Notes: generated by a model from the letters alone, not told the origin. DNA of 64,000 nt from a bacterium (GCA_965261595.1 CBDHDG010000007.1:832001-896000); one strand, 5' to 3'; counted from the first letter of the stretch, positions 52,073-62,628 are shown. Numbers and translations are program-made.

Positions 52073-52876
52073 ATGGGCCGGATTGCCGAATGTTTCGAAG
52101 CCTTGGGCGGCGCCGGCGAGGGAGGCGGCAAGGCCCTGATCCCGTTCGTGACGGCGGGGGACCCGGATCTCGGATTTACGAAAGACCTCATCTTCCGGCT
52201 GGAGGAGACCGGGGCGGACCTGGTGGAGCTGGGCGTCCCGTTCTCCGACCCCATGGCCGACGGCCCGACCATTCAGCGGGCCTCCTTCAGGTCCCTGAAG
52301 AACGGGACGAGCCTGCGGGCGATCCTGGGGATGGTGGGGGAGATCCGCAAGGACGTCCGCCTCCCTCTTATCCTGATGACGTACTACAACCCGATCTTCG
52401 CGATGGGCGAGAGCGGATTCGTCGAGGCCGCCGTTCGGGCGGGCGTGGACGGCGCGATCATCCCGGACCTCCCCTTCGAGGAATCGGCCCCCCTGATGGG
52501 CTTGACGGACGGAACGCCGTTGGACCCCATTGCGATGCTCGCCCCGACCAGCACGCCCAAGCGGCGGGCGATGATTTGCGCGAGCGCCCGGGGTTTCATT
52601 TATTACGTCGCGCAGCTCGGCGTCACGGGCGCGCGGGAAGGGCTGGCTGGGGATCTGAAGGACGGTCTCGATAACGTCAAGGCCCTGACCGGTCTTCCGG
52701 TGGCCGCCGGATTCGGGATCAGGACGCCCGAGCAGGCCCGCGAGGTCAGCCGGTGCTGCGACGGCGTCATCGTCGGAAGCGCGCTGATCGACGTCCTGGA
52801 CGCCGAGACCGGCCCCGAGGCCAAACTCCGCGCCGCGGGCGGGTTTGTCCGGTCTTTGAAAAATGCCATCGGTTGA
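52073..52876 (+). CDS. trpA: Tryptophan synthase alpha chain
   Basis: ELGVPFSDPMADGPTIQ, GVTG and GFGI motifs. Confidence 0.97.
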   Translation: MGRIAECFEALGGAGEGGGKALIPFVTAGDPDLGFTKDLIFRLEETGADLVELGVPFSDPMADGPTIQRASFRSLKNGTSLRAILGMVGEIRKDVRLPLILMTYYNPIFAMGESGFVEAAVRAGVDGAIIPDLPFEESAPLMGLTDGTPLDPIAMLAPTSTPKRRAMICASARGFIYYVAQLGVTGAREGLAGDLKDGLDNVKALTGLPVAAGFGIRTPEQAREVSRCCDGVIVGSALIDVLDAETGPEAKLRAAGGFVRSLKNAIG

Positions 52877-52952
52877 GAGGGGGGAGGGTAAGGGGTCAAC
52901 CGACCCAACCGCCCGCCCCACCTGTTTTGAAAATACCGGGCTTCCACCGTCG

Positions 52953-52976
52953 GTAGGCCGGGCATCTTGCCCGGCC
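52953..52976 (+). repeat. GTAG-type REP-like palindrome
   Basis: GTAGGCCGGGCATCTTGCCCGGCC; 21 bp identical to 55917-55937. Confidence 0.65.
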
Positions 52977-53190
52977 GGAATGGGACAATCGGGTCTCGAT
53001 ATGTAAAACCTTATTTCGTGATGCCATACGAAGTAAGATTTCCAAGATAACGCGGCGAGTGGATGTATTGCGGCGCGCCGCATTTTATCGAGAATCATAT
53101 AATTCACATTGATTTTTGAATGTTTTAGTTTATAATTCCATTGACAAGTGGTTGTTATTGTGGATTTTCAGTACTTGATGGAGTCTCTTC

Positions 53191-55800
53191 TTGGCCTCAG
53201 TCGCCGCTTCCAAACCCGTCTCGCGCAAACCGAAGCAAGGACAAAAGGACCTCCTCTCGGCGAATCCCCGGGTGCTCGAAGGGCTTGCGGTCCTGTTGTT
53301 CGGGTTGTCCGTTTTTCTGGTGGTCGCGTTTTTCACCTACGATCCGCGCGATCCCTCGCTGAATCGGGTGACGCCGAATACCTGGCAGGTGAGGAACAGC
53401 GCCGGAGTCGCCGGCGCTTACGTCGCCGACGCGGCGGGGCAGCTTCTCGGCGCGGCGGCGCTGGTCTTGCCCTTGGCCGGGCTGCTGATCGGGTTCCGCT
53501 GGATCAGGGGCCGGCGGGTGGAGGGGAAGTGGCTCCTCGCCGGGGGGCTTTTGGCGGGGACCGCCGTCGCGGCGGTTACGCTGCATGACTGGGCGGGTCA
53601 CGCGGACCCCCTCTTCGGCACCCGGATTCACGCCGGCGGCCTCTTGGGCGGGTTTCTGAGACCCCTCCTTTTCCGGTTTCTCGGGGGCGTAGGCGCGTAT
53701 CTGATCCTGGCCGCGGCCGGTGTGTTCGCCTGCCTTCAGGTCGCCGCCCTCGGATTGTCCGACCTGTTGAAAGGACTCTCGAAGGCATCCACGCTGTTCG
53801 CGGGGGGGATTCGATTCAGCGCCGTCTCCTTGTTCAACGGCTCAAGCTGGCTGCTGAGGCGAGTTTGGCGGGGCGCCGTCGCGTCGGCGAAATTTCTGAA
53901 GCGGTTGAGCATCGGTTTCGGCCGGTTTGCCGTGAGGTCGGCGGCCTGGGTCAACCCCATGGGGATCCCCTGGGCCGAGACCTACAGGCGGTTCCGGCCG
54001 CGAAGAGCGGAGAAACCCCGGACCGTTCCGGGCTCCGTTCCAAGCTCCGTCGCGGGCGATCAGCCAAGCCCCGCCCCGGGCGATCAGGAGGTCCCGCTCC
54101 AGTTGGATCCTATTCCCGTCGGCGGGCCGATTCCGCTGCGGGATATTGTCAAGAACCGACCTTGGGTAGTCGAGGGGTCCTCCGAATCCATGGACGCGGA
54201 TGAGGCCGGCTTCGAAGCGAAATCCGAAAAGGACATTGTTTCCCCCGCCTCCTCCGCCCCCCCGGCCCCCGCGATTGAGATCGCCTCCCCCATCGAGCGG
54301 GTCAGGCGCGCGAGGCGGCGCGCGCACGCCTTGCCGCCTTTGACGCTGTTGGACGCCCCCCCGCCCCTCGTGGCGCCGGCCGGCCGGGAGGTGCTGACCG
54401 AGCGGTCCGCCCGTCTGGAGGAGAAGCTTCGGGATTTCGGCGTCGAGGGACGCGTCGTTCAGGTCCTGCATGGTCCCGTCGTGACGATGTTCGAGTACGC
54501 TCCGGCCTCGGGCGTCAAGGTGAGCAAGATCGCGAACCTCTCCGACGACCTGGCGCTCGGGATGGAGGCGCTTTCGGTTCGAATCGTTGCGCCCCTTCCC
54601 GGCAAGGGGGCGGTGGGGATTGAGATCCCCAATGAGGTCCGCATGCCGGTGAACCTCAAGGAGATCCTGACGAGCCGCGATTTTCAGGACCACGACGGCC
54701 GCCTTTCCATCGCCCTGGGCAAGGACATCCTCGGCCGGCCGGCCATCACGGACCTGGCGAAAATCCCCCATCTGCTGATCGCCGGGGCCACCGGGTCCGG
54801 GAAAAGCGTCGGGTTGAACGCCATGATCTGCTCCCTGCTGCTTCGCCGGACGCCGGGCGAGCTGCGCTTCATCATGATCGATCCGAAAATGCTCGAGTTG
54901 TCTGTCTATGACGGCATTCCCCACCTCTTGACGCCGGTCGTGACCGATCCCAAGAGGGCCTCCGTTGTTCTCAAGGGCCTGGTGGCGGAGATGGAAAGCC
55001 GCTATCACCTGCTGTCCGAAGCGGGAGTGCGGAACATTCAGGGATATAACGAGAAGGTGACGGCCCCGGAGGGCCGCGCGAACGGCCGCGACAAGGTCCC
55101 GCCCGAGGACGCCGAGGCCCCCCCCCCTTCCCCCCCCGAGCCGCTGCCCTCGATCGTCGTCGTGATCGACGAGCTGGCCGACCTGATGATGGTGACGTCT
55201 AAAGACGTCGAGAATTCAATCGTTCGCTTGGCCCAGATGGCCCGGGCCGCGGGGATCCACCTCATGGTGGCGACGCAGCGTCCCTCGGTGGACGTGTTGA
55301 CCGGACTCATCAAGGCGAACTTCCCGGCGCGGCTGTCCTTCCAGGTGAGCTCGCGGACCGACTCCCGGACCATTCTCGACGCCAACGGCGCGGAGCGGCT
55401 GCTGGGCCAGGGGGACATGCTCTTCCTGCCGCCCGGGACCTCGAACCTTGTCCGCATCCACGGCGCGTACGTTTCCGAGCGGGAGATCGAGCGGGTTGTC
55501 GAGTCCTGGAAAAGCCAGGGCGATCCCGAATACGACCACGCGCTGATCGTCTCCGAGGGAGACGGCTCGGGCGGAGACGATCAGGAAGAAGCGGAGTACG
55601 ATGAGAAGTACGACGAGGCGGTCGAGTTTGTGGCCCGGACGGGCCAGGCCAGCATCTCGAAGGTCCAGCGGCGCCTTCGCGTGGGATACAACCGCGCGGC
55701 CCGGATGATCGAGATGATGGAGCGCGACGGCGTCGTTGGTCCGGCGGACGGCGTCAAGCCCAGGGAAGTGTTCGCGCGCGAGATCCCGGCGGATGATTGA
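53191..55800 (+). CDS. ftsK: DNA translocase FtsK
   Basis: N-terminal TMs, AGATGSGKS, VIDELADL, ATQRPS, gamma domain RVGYNRAAR. Confidence 0.96.
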   Translation: MASVAASKPVSRKPKQGQKDLLSANPRVLEGLAVLLFGLSVFLVVAFFTYDPRDPSLNRVTPNTWQVRNSAGVAGAYVADAAGQLLGAAALVLPLAGLLIGFRWIRGRRVEGKWLLAGGLLAGTAVAAVTLHDWAGHADPLFGTRIHAGGLLGGFLRPLLFRFLGGVGAYLILAAAGVFACLQVAALGLSDLLKGLSKASTLFAGGIRFSAVSLFNGSSWLLRRVWRGAVASAKFLKRLSIGFGRFAVRSAAWVNPMGIPWAETYRRFRPRRAEKPRTVPGSVPSSVAGDQPSPAPGDQEVPLQLDPIPVGGPIPLRDIVKNRPWVVEGSSESMDADEAGFEAKSEKDIVSPASSAPPAPAIEIASPIERVRRARRRAHALPPLTLLDAPPPLVAPAGREVLTERSARLEEKLRDFGVEGRVVQVLHGPVVTMFEYAPASGVKVSKIANLSDDLALGMEALSVRIVAPLPGKGAVGIEIPNEVRMPVNLKEILTSRDFQDHDGRLSIALGKDILGRPAITDLAKIPHLLIAGATGSGKSVGLNAMICSLLLRRTPGELRFIMIDPKMLELSVYDGIPHLLTPVVTDPKRASVVLKGLVAEMESRYHLLSEAGVRNIQGYNEKVTAPEGRANGRDKVPPEDAEAPPPSPPEPLPSIVVVIDELADLMMVTSKDVENSIVRLAQMARAAGIHLMVATQRPSVDVLTGLIKANFPARLSFQVSSRTDSRTILDANGAERLLGQGDMLFLPPGTSNLVRIHGAYVSEREIERVVESWKSQGDPEYDHALIVSEGDGSGGDDQEEAEYDEKYDEAVEFVARTGQASISKVQRRLRVGYNRAARMIEMMERDGVVGPADGVKPREVFAREIPADD

Positions 55801-55807
55801 TTTTATT

Positions 55808-56018
55808 CTGGGGGACCTTTTTGAAAACCGGCCCCCAGCCCCCCCGGAAAACATTCTTTTCGCCGAAGGGCTTGTTCCCGCTCCGCCCCCGTGCTGTCAC
55901 CCCGCGGCGATTTGGCAGGCCGGGCATCTTGCCCGGCGAAAGTGATGTAGCGCCGTGGCGCCTCTCAGCGAATCGATTAATCCCGGCTCTCAGGCTGGGG
56001 CTGAAGCCCCCGCGCTAC
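55808..56018 (+). repeat. Cluster of intergenic repeats (hairpin repeat plus REP-like units)
   Basis: 55808-55852 resembles 1912-1965; 55917-55937 palindrome; GTAGCGC...GCGCTAC at 55947-56018. Confidence 0.6.
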
Positions 56019-56200
56019 AACTGAGGATTCTCGCCGGACCCGCCCCCCCCTCCCTTCGAAAACCTGCCATGGCGTCCCGTCCTTTTTGATTTTGGCGGGT
56101 AAGGATTCCGGGTTAAACTTCTTCCCGCGAGCAATCCGTCACATCAAAGTCCCTTCGGGGTGGAGCCCGGGTTTTTCCTGCGGTGGAAAGGAACCGACCG

Positions 56201-57196
56201 ATGATCATCGACGTCCACAATCACTTTATCGGAGAAGCGCCGAAGGCGTTCCTCATCAAGGAGGGCAAGGCCCAGGGGATCGACGCTTCCGAGGATGCCG
56301 AGGGGGGCCTGGTTCTTGACTTCGGGGGGGGGCGGACGCTCGGGGCCGACCGGGGGTTCTTCGATCTGGACCTCCGCCTGAAATGGCTGGACGACATGGG
56401 AATCGACGCCCAGCTCGTGACCATCGCCCCGAGCTACTGCCTCTTCGGCAAAGACCCCTCCTTCACCGCCGAGTACCTGGGCGTGGTGAACGACCACATC
56501 GCCGGATTGGAGAAGTCGCATCCGGGAAAGTTTTTCCCGGCCGCCATGGTCCCGCTCCAGGACATTCCCAAATCCATCGCCGAAGCCGACCGGGCCGTCA
56601 ACCAACTGGGCGCCCGGGCGGTCTTCATGGTGTCCAACGTCAACGGGGTCTACCTGGACGACGCCCGGTTCGACCCGCTCTATGAAGCGGTGCAGGACCT
56701 GGGGGTTCCGCTGTTCATCCATCCCGCTTTCCCGGCCGCCCTGGACGCGATGGGGGACTACTACCTGTCCAACATCTGCGGGTTCCCGTTCGACCAGACC
56801 CTCAACCTCGGGCGCATGGTCCTGAGCGGGGTCTTCGAGCGCTTCCCCCGGCTTCAGGCGTTCTACACCCACGGCGGGGGGACGGCGCCGTTCCTGCGCG
56901 GCCGGTGGGACCACGCCTACGGCGCCCGGGAGGACACCAGCGCGGCCATCCCCAAACCGCCCAGCGCCTACCTGTCCCAGATCTGGCTGGGATCGATGGT
57001 GTTCTATCCCCCGACGCTGGAATTCGTGATCCACTCGGTCGGCGTGGATCATGTCTGCCTGGGCAGCGATTATCCCTATGACATGGCGGACCCGGACCCG
57101 GCCGGCACGGTGCGCAAAGTCGGAAGCCTGTCGGGTCCCGAGGTGAACGCCGTTTTGGGCGATAACGCCAAGGTCCTGTTCGAATTGAATTCATGA
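56201..57196 (+). CDS. Amidohydrolase_2 (ACMSD-like) protein, paralog 1
   Basis: IDVHNH, FIHP, THGGG and GSDYP motifs. Confidence 0.9.
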   Translation: MIIDVHNHFIGEAPKAFLIKEGKAQGIDASEDAEGGLVLDFGGGRTLGADRGFFDLDLRLKWLDDMGIDAQLVTIAPSYCLFGKDPSFTAEYLGVVNDHIAGLEKSHPGKFFPAAMVPLQDIPKSIAEADRAVNQLGARAVFMVSNVNGVYLDDARFDPLYEAVQDLGVPLFIHPAFPAALDAMGDYYLSNICGFPFDQTLNLGRMVLSGVFERFPRLQAFYTHGGGTAPFLRGRWDHAYGAREDTSAAIPKPPSAYLSQIWLGSMVFYPPTLEFVIHSVGVDHVCLGSDYPYDMADPDPAGTVRKVGSLSGPEVNAVLGDNAKVLFELNS

Positions 57197-57242
57197 CCCG
57201 CGCCGGTTTCGCCGGGTCACAAGGCGACCTTCGGAGGAGCGC

Positions 57243-58235
57243 ATGATTATCGACGTACACAACCACTTCATCGGCGAAGCGGCCAAGCGGTTTATTCTGA
57301 AAGAGGGCAAGGCCCGGGGGATCGACGCCTCGGAAGACGCCGCGGGGAACCTGTCCATCGACTTCGGGTTCCGGACGCTTTCGGTCGGACCGGAGATGTT
57401 CGAGCCCGAGCCCCGGCTGGAGGCGATGAAGCAGCGCGGGATCGACGCCCAGCTTTTGACGATTTCCGCCACCCACGCGTTTTATGGGCAAGACGCCGGG
57501 TTCGTGGCCGAGCACCTGGCCGCCGTGAACGAGGACAGCGCCCGGATGGCCGCGGCGCATCCGGGGAAGTTTTACCCGACGGCCGCAGTGCCCCTGCTGG
57601 ACGTCTCCGCCGGCGTCAAAGAGGCGCGGCGCGCGGTCCGGGACCTGAACGCCCGGGCGATCTTCATGAATTCCAACGTCGACGGGGTCCACCTGGACGA
57701 CCGGCGTTTCGATCCCCTCTATGAGACCGTCCAGGACCTGGGGGTGCCGCTCATCGTCCATCCCATCACCCCCGCCTCCCGCCAGGGCATGGAGGGCTAC
57801 CACCTCTTCAACCTCTGCGGGTTCCCCTTCGACCACGCGCTGAACCTGGCTCGAATGGTCCTGTCGGGGGTCTTCGAGCGGTTCCCGCGGCTGCGGGCGT
57901 TTTTCACCCACGGCGGAGGGCCGACCCTCTTCCTGCGGGGACGCTGGGACCACGCTTACGGGATCCGCGAGGACACCCGGGCGGACATCCCCAAGCCCCC
58001 CAGCGCCTATTTCGACCGCATCTGGTTCGGGACGGTGGTCTTCTCGCCCACGACGCTTGAGTTTGTGATTCGTTCCGTGGGGGCGGACCACGTCTGCCTG
58101 GGGAGCGATTATCCCTACGACATGGAGGACCCGGACCCGGTCGGATTGGTGCGGAAGGTAGGGAGCCTGTCGGTTTCGGAGTCGGAAGCCGTTCTGAGCG
58201 GGAACGCGAAAGACCTGTTTGATTTGCGGGATTGA
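57243..58235 (+). CDS. Amidohydrolase_2 (ACMSD-like) protein, paralog 2
   Basis: Same motifs; alignable end to end with paralog 1. Confidence 0.9.
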   Translation: MIIDVHNHFIGEAAKRFILKEGKARGIDASEDAAGNLSIDFGFRTLSVGPEMFEPEPRLEAMKQRGIDAQLLTISATHAFYGQDAGFVAEHLAAVNEDSARMAAAHPGKFYPTAAVPLLDVSAGVKEARRAVRDLNARAIFMNSNVDGVHLDDRRFDPLYETVQDLGVPLIVHPITPASRQGMEGYHLFNLCGFPFDHALNLARMVLSGVFERFPRLRAFFTHGGGPTLFLRGRWDHAYGIREDTRADIPKPPSAYFDRIWFGTVVFSPTTLEFVIRSVGADHVCLGSDYPYDMEDPDPVGLVRKVGSLSVSESEAVLSGNAKDLFDLRD

Positions 58236-58323
58236 CGCGCCTGCGGCGCAAGTGCCCGGTGGATCGAACGATGCGCGGTTTACCGGCGAGGCCCCGGGAA
58301 GCCCCCCCCCGATTCGAGGTCCG

Positions 58324-58611
58324 CTACACCTTGCTGAACCGGCTTTGCAGCCTCCTCATGCAGGTGTGCGCGCAGTCCATCCTCTCCGGCCAGAGCGTGC
58401 AGCGGCTCACCCGGAGTCGAGGTTTGCCGAGGACGGAGGTGAGGGCCGCGCGCCGGCGGTCGATGGCCACCTTCGCGGTCCGTCCGGCTTCAGGACACCT
58501 CAACCTCCGGACGCCTCGAAAACGTCGGATGGCGGTCATCATGACCGGAATCATGACGTAAACGATCGACAGCGCGAGGATGGCGACGATCATAGTTCCC
58601 GGATGACTCAT
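58324..58611 (-). CDS. Small membrane-anchored four-Cys hypothetical protein (95 aa)
   Basis: AAGGAG RBS; N-terminal TM; CPE...CTLWPE..DC...C. Confidence 0.7.
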   Translation of the reverse strand: MSHPGTMIVAILALSIVYVMIPVMMTAIRRFRGVRRLRCPEAGRTAKVAIDRRRAALTSVLGKPRLRVSRCTLWPERMDCAHTCMRRLQSRFSKV

Positions 58612-58831
58612 GGTTTTCTCCTTACCCCCGTCTCTCCCCGTGGCCGCGATTCGAGACACACGCCGCGGTGACGCAAAAATCTGTCTATAAATTTGGATGC
58701 CTTGTCTCCGCGGACTATGATGTGGATCAGGAATGGGAACGGGCGTCCTATGGTTCGTCCGGGCCACGGCTCGGAGGCCGTGCCCGCTCCCTTCCCCTTT
58801 CACCCACCTTGATGACGCACGGATCTGAGTT

Positions 58832-60385
58832 TTGACTGAATCCCAACGGAATCCCGCGATGGAGGCGGGCGGAGAGCGGGGAGGGGCGCCGGCAATCTCC
58901 AAGACCCGCGTGCGGCTGGCGGTTCTGGGCGTGGCCTTGGGGATGTTTCTGGCCGCCCTGGACATCACCGTCATGGGGACGGCGATGCCGACCATCGTGG
59001 GGTTGATGGGTGGGATCCAGATCTATCACTGGGCCTTCACCAGTTTCTTCCTGGCCTCGGTCGTCTCGACGCCCATCTTCGGCAAGCTGGCCGACATGTA
59101 CGGAGTCCGCCGGCTTTACCTCATCGCCATCGGGACTTTCATGGTTGCGTCCGCCCTTTGCGGGATGTCCCGGAACATGCCGCAGCTCATTGTCTTCCGG
59201 GGGCTTCAAGGGGTGGGCGGCGGATCGCTGATGGCCCTCAGCTACATGGTTCTGGGGACCTTCTACTCCGGCCAAAAGCTGGGCAAATCGATGGGGGTGA
59301 TCAACGCGGTGTGGGGCGTCGCGTCCATTTTGGGACCCTTGATCGGCGGCATCCTGGTGGCGAAGATCTCCTGGCGGTGGATCTTCTATATCAACCTGCC
59401 TACGGGATTCGTCGCGGCGGCTTTTGTGATGGCCGGGGTTGGAAGGGTGCGTGAGAGGCGCAAGGGCGGCCGTGCGGATTTTCTCGGCGGGATCAGTCTG
59501 CTCTGCGGCATGATAGCCATATTGCTGGTGGCGGGCCAGGGGAAGCCGCGGCCGTTCGGCGCGCTGGATGCCGCCCTTCTCTGCGCCGGCGTTCTCCTGC
59601 TTGTGTTCTTTGTCTGGAACGAATCGAGGGCCGAGGAGCCCATCCTTCCTCTGTCTTTGTTCCGGATTCGGAACTTCTCGGCGGCCAGCATCCTGGGTTT
59701 TTTGACGGGAGCGGGTTTTTTTACGGCGGTGGCGTTTGTTCCGTTGTTTTATCAGGGCGTCATCGGGGCTTCCGCCATCGGCGCCGGGGCCGTCTTGATG
59801 CCCATGAGCCTCGGGTGGTGTTTGTCCAGCGCCTTCGGCGTGAGGCTGTTGATCAACAGATTGGGACAACAGAAGCTGCTCGCCCTGGGCATCGGGTTCC
59901 AGTTCGCGGCGTATGGAATCCTTGTGCAGATAGGCATCGAAACCCCTTACTGGGTGGTCGGCGCGGCCATGACCATCCTCGGCGTGGGGATGGGGTTCAT
60001 TTTCACGATGATTCTGACGCTCGTCCAGACGAGCGTGCCGAAGACCCAACTGGGCGTCGTGACCTCCTCGACGTTTCTTTTCCGGCAACTGGGCGGGGCC
60101 GTCGCGGTCGGAGTCCTGGGCGGTGTGATGAGCCGGGGGTTGATGAGTCGTCTGGCGGCCTTGAGCGCGGACCCGCTTCACAGCGGAATCGCCGATGCCA
60201 TCTCCGGTCCCCGGGACCTGATGCGGCCCGAGGTGATGGGGCGTTTTTCCGACGCGACGGCCGCCGTTCTCAAAGGAACACTGGCCGAATCCCTCTCTCC
60301 CGTATTTTGGATCTGCCTGGGGATCGTGGGAGTCGGACTGCTCATCGGTTTCTGGTTCGCGGCGGTGCGAAAGGAAAGCGGCTGA
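58832..60385 (+). CDS. MFS transporter, DHA2/MDR type
   Basis: FLAALDIT, GKLADMYG, RGLQGVGGG and WRWIFYINLP motifs. Confidence 0.93.
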   Translation: MTESQRNPAMEAGGERGGAPAISKTRVRLAVLGVALGMFLAALDITVMGTAMPTIVGLMGGIQIYHWAFTSFFLASVVSTPIFGKLADMYGVRRLYLIAIGTFMVASALCGMSRNMPQLIVFRGLQGVGGGSLMALSYMVLGTFYSGQKLGKSMGVINAVWGVASILGPLIGGILVAKISWRWIFYINLPTGFVAAAFVMAGVGRVRERRKGGRADFLGGISLLCGMIAILLVAGQGKPRPFGALDAALLCAGVLLLVFFVWNESRAEEPILPLSLFRIRNFSAASILGFLTGAGFFTAVAFVPLFYQGVIGASAIGAGAVLMPMSLGWCLSSAFGVRLLINRLGQQKLLALGIGFQFAAYGILVQIGIETPYWVVGAAMTILGVGMGFIFTMILTLVQTSVPKTQLGVVTSSTFLFRQLGGAVAVGVLGGVMSRGLMSRLAALSADPLHSGIADAISGPRDLMRPEVMGRFSDATAAVLKGTLAESLSPVFWICLGIVGVGLLIGFWFAAVRKESG

Positions 60386-60387
60386 CG

Positions 60388-61433
60388 TTGAGACGGGTTT
60401 CAAAGAACCTTTTCTTTTCGCTGATCGTTTTGCTGATCCTGGTCTTCCTGGCCGAGGGGATTCAGCGGGTCCGTCTGGCTTTTGTCGGCCGGCCGGCGGA
60501 GTGGCTGCTCTACGGTTTGCACTGGGGTCCGAAAGAGAAGGCCCAAACGTTCTGGCCTACGAAACCCGGGCCAAGGGGCCCTATCACCTCCTGAAGACCG
60601 GTGTCCGCATTTTCAAAGAGCCGAGTCCCACGGTGGTCACGGTGAACCGTTTCGGTTTCCGGGGTCCGGAATTCCGGCGGGAGAAGCCGCCGGGCGTCTA
60701 TCGCATCGTCGCCCTGGGCGGGTCTTCGACCTTCGGCGCGTTGAATGGCGATGAGGACGCCTACCCGGCGCGGCTCCAAGCTTTGCTCAACCGGCAGGCC
60801 CCCGGCCGGTTCGAAGTGATCAACGCGGGGATACCCGGCCACGCCCCATCCCATCTTGTTCCGCTTATTCGGCGGGAGGTTCTCCCCCTCAAGCCCGACC
60901 TGTTGATCATCATGAACATGTTCGACCATTACTTCGTCACAACCGAGAAGGATTGGCGGCGTCCCCTCATCCGTTTGAGAAAGATGTTGGAGGAGCGAAG
61001 CGTCCTCTTTCTCACCCTCTCCGAAAAGGTCACGTTTTTCACCGATCAGGACACCCTGTTGGGCAAACTCTTCGTGCGGTTTTCGGACTTCCGCGGCTAT
61101 CTGGAAGAGATGATCGGCCTGGCCCGTTCGGTGGGCGCGCGCGTCCTTTTGGTGAAGCAGCCGATCCTGCCCCGCGGGATGACCGGAAAGAACCTGCGTC
61201 CCGGCTCGACAGGGTCCGAACAGGGTTGGGAGCGGCGGTTTTATGAAAAGGTCCTCCGCCTGGTGGATGACACGGCCGGGTCCGAAGGGACGCTCGTCGC
61301 GGACGCTTCCACGCTCACGGGGGGATTTTTGCTGGATATGTTCTATGACGCCGGTCACCTCACGGCGGGGGGGAACCGTTACGTGGCGGAACGAATCCTG
61401 GAAGTCCTGGTCAGGAATCGGATTGTGCGCTAG
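60388..61433 (+). CDS. Membrane-anchored SGNH/GDSL hydrolase; frameshift near 60540
   Basis: N-terminal TM (LIVLLILVFLAEG) in one frame; N..GFRG.E, LGGSSTFG, NAGIPG and DAGH in another. Confidence 0.75.
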
Positions 61434-61552
61434 CCTGTTGTCCGGGATGCGCGGGGGGCCGCGTTTTCCTTAAAACCTTCGGCAGCCAATCAGGCGCGCT
61501 TCGTACTATCATACGGACTGGAGGGGGGGAAGGAGCCTTCGAGAGAAAAGGG

Positions 61553-62062
61553 ATGGTTGTGGACTGGTCGCGGAAGCTTTACGACGAGCTGAAGGCGAGC
61601 GGGGTGCGTCTTTGCACCTCTCTGCCCGACTCCTGGATCCACGACCTCATTACTCAAATGCAGGACGACCCGGACATGATTCACGTCCCTGTCACGCGTG
61701 AGGAAGAGGCCGTCGGGATCTGCTGCGGGGCGTCGGCGGGCGGGATGCGCTCGGCCATGGTGATTCAGAACGTGGGCGCGATGAACTGCACGGGGGCCAT
61801 CGCGACGTTGCCCATCGCTTACGCGATCCCGTTCGTGATGATTCTCTCACACCGCGGGCGCCTGGGAGACTGGGCCTTTTACGACGTGGAGAAGGGCCGG
61901 TGCACGGTCCCGATCCTGGAGCAGGTCGGGGTCCAGTGTTTTCCGCTTCCGGCCGATTTTGTCGAGCGCGGATGCGTGGCCGACGCCTACACCCTGGCGG
62001 ACGCGAGCCAGAAACCCGTCGCGCTCCTAATCACCAAAGAGACCTTCGGGGTCGGCGAATGA
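61553..62062 (+). CDS. Sulfopyruvate/phosphonopyruvate decarboxylase-like alpha subunit
   Basis: SLPDS, TREEEAVGICCG, QN.G and SHRG motifs. Confidence 0.85.
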   Translation: MVVDWSRKLYDELKASGVRLCTSLPDSWIHDLITQMQDDPDMIHVPVTREEEAVGICCGASAGGMRSAMVIQNVGAMNCTGAIATLPIAYAIPFVMILSHRGRLGDWAFYDVEKGRCTVPILEQVGVQCFPLPADFVERGCVADAYTLADASQKPVALLITKETFGVGE

Positions 62063-62628
62063 ATCAGCGGGATGCCTTCGAGACCCTGGCCGAGCACATC
62101 GGCGATGAGCTGGTCGTGACGGCGATCGGCTCCCAGACGCAAATCTGGCACGCCGTTCTCCCCCGGCCGGGAAATTTCTACCTGAGCGGGCCGATGGGGC
62201 ACGCCTTGACCTTCGGCCTTGGCCTGGCCCTGGCGCGGCCGAAGGAGCGGATCGTCGCGGTCGAAGGGGACGGGGGGTTGCTGATGAACCTGGGCGCCCT
62301 CGCTGCTGTGGCCGAGCACCGGCCCGACAACCTGGTCGTCGTTGTCATGGACAACCTGAGCTACGAGCTCACCGGGAAACAGCCCATGGTGAACCGGGGG
62401 CGAACGGACTTCGGGATGTTGGCCCGGGGATTCGGAATCACCGCAACCGATGAAGTCTCCGCCCCGGCGGAGTTGTCCGACGCTTTCCGGAAGGCCTTGG
62501 GAGGGGGGGAGTTCTCTTTCATCTGGTCGCGTCTTGAGCCGATGTCCGAGAAGGCCCCTCCGTTTCCATATCTTCCCTACCAGATCAAGCACGCGTTCTG
62601 GGAGCACCTGAAGACGCTTGACGCGTGA
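62059..62628 (+). CDS. Sulfopyruvate decarboxylase-like beta subunit (TPP-binding)
   Basis: NFY..GPMG, EGDGGLLMNLG and DN..Y..TG.Q motifs; ATGA overlap. Confidence 0.85.
   Translation: MNQRDAFETLAEHIGDELVVTAIGSQTQIWHAVLPRPGNFYLSGPMGHALTFGLGLALARPKERIVAVEGDGGLLMNLGALAAVAEHRPDNLVVVVMDNLSYELTGKQPMVNRGRTDFGMLARGFGITATDEVSAPAELSDAFRKALGGGEFSFIWSRLEPMSEKAPPFPYLPYQIKHAFWEHLKTLDA

Noticed and set aside
50660..53107. 815-aa minus-strand ORF and similar long antisense ORFs (58748-60403, 40690-41991, 44174-45418)
   Set aside because: They overlap well-supported genes on the opposite strand, have no motifs, and are expected in high-GC DNA.
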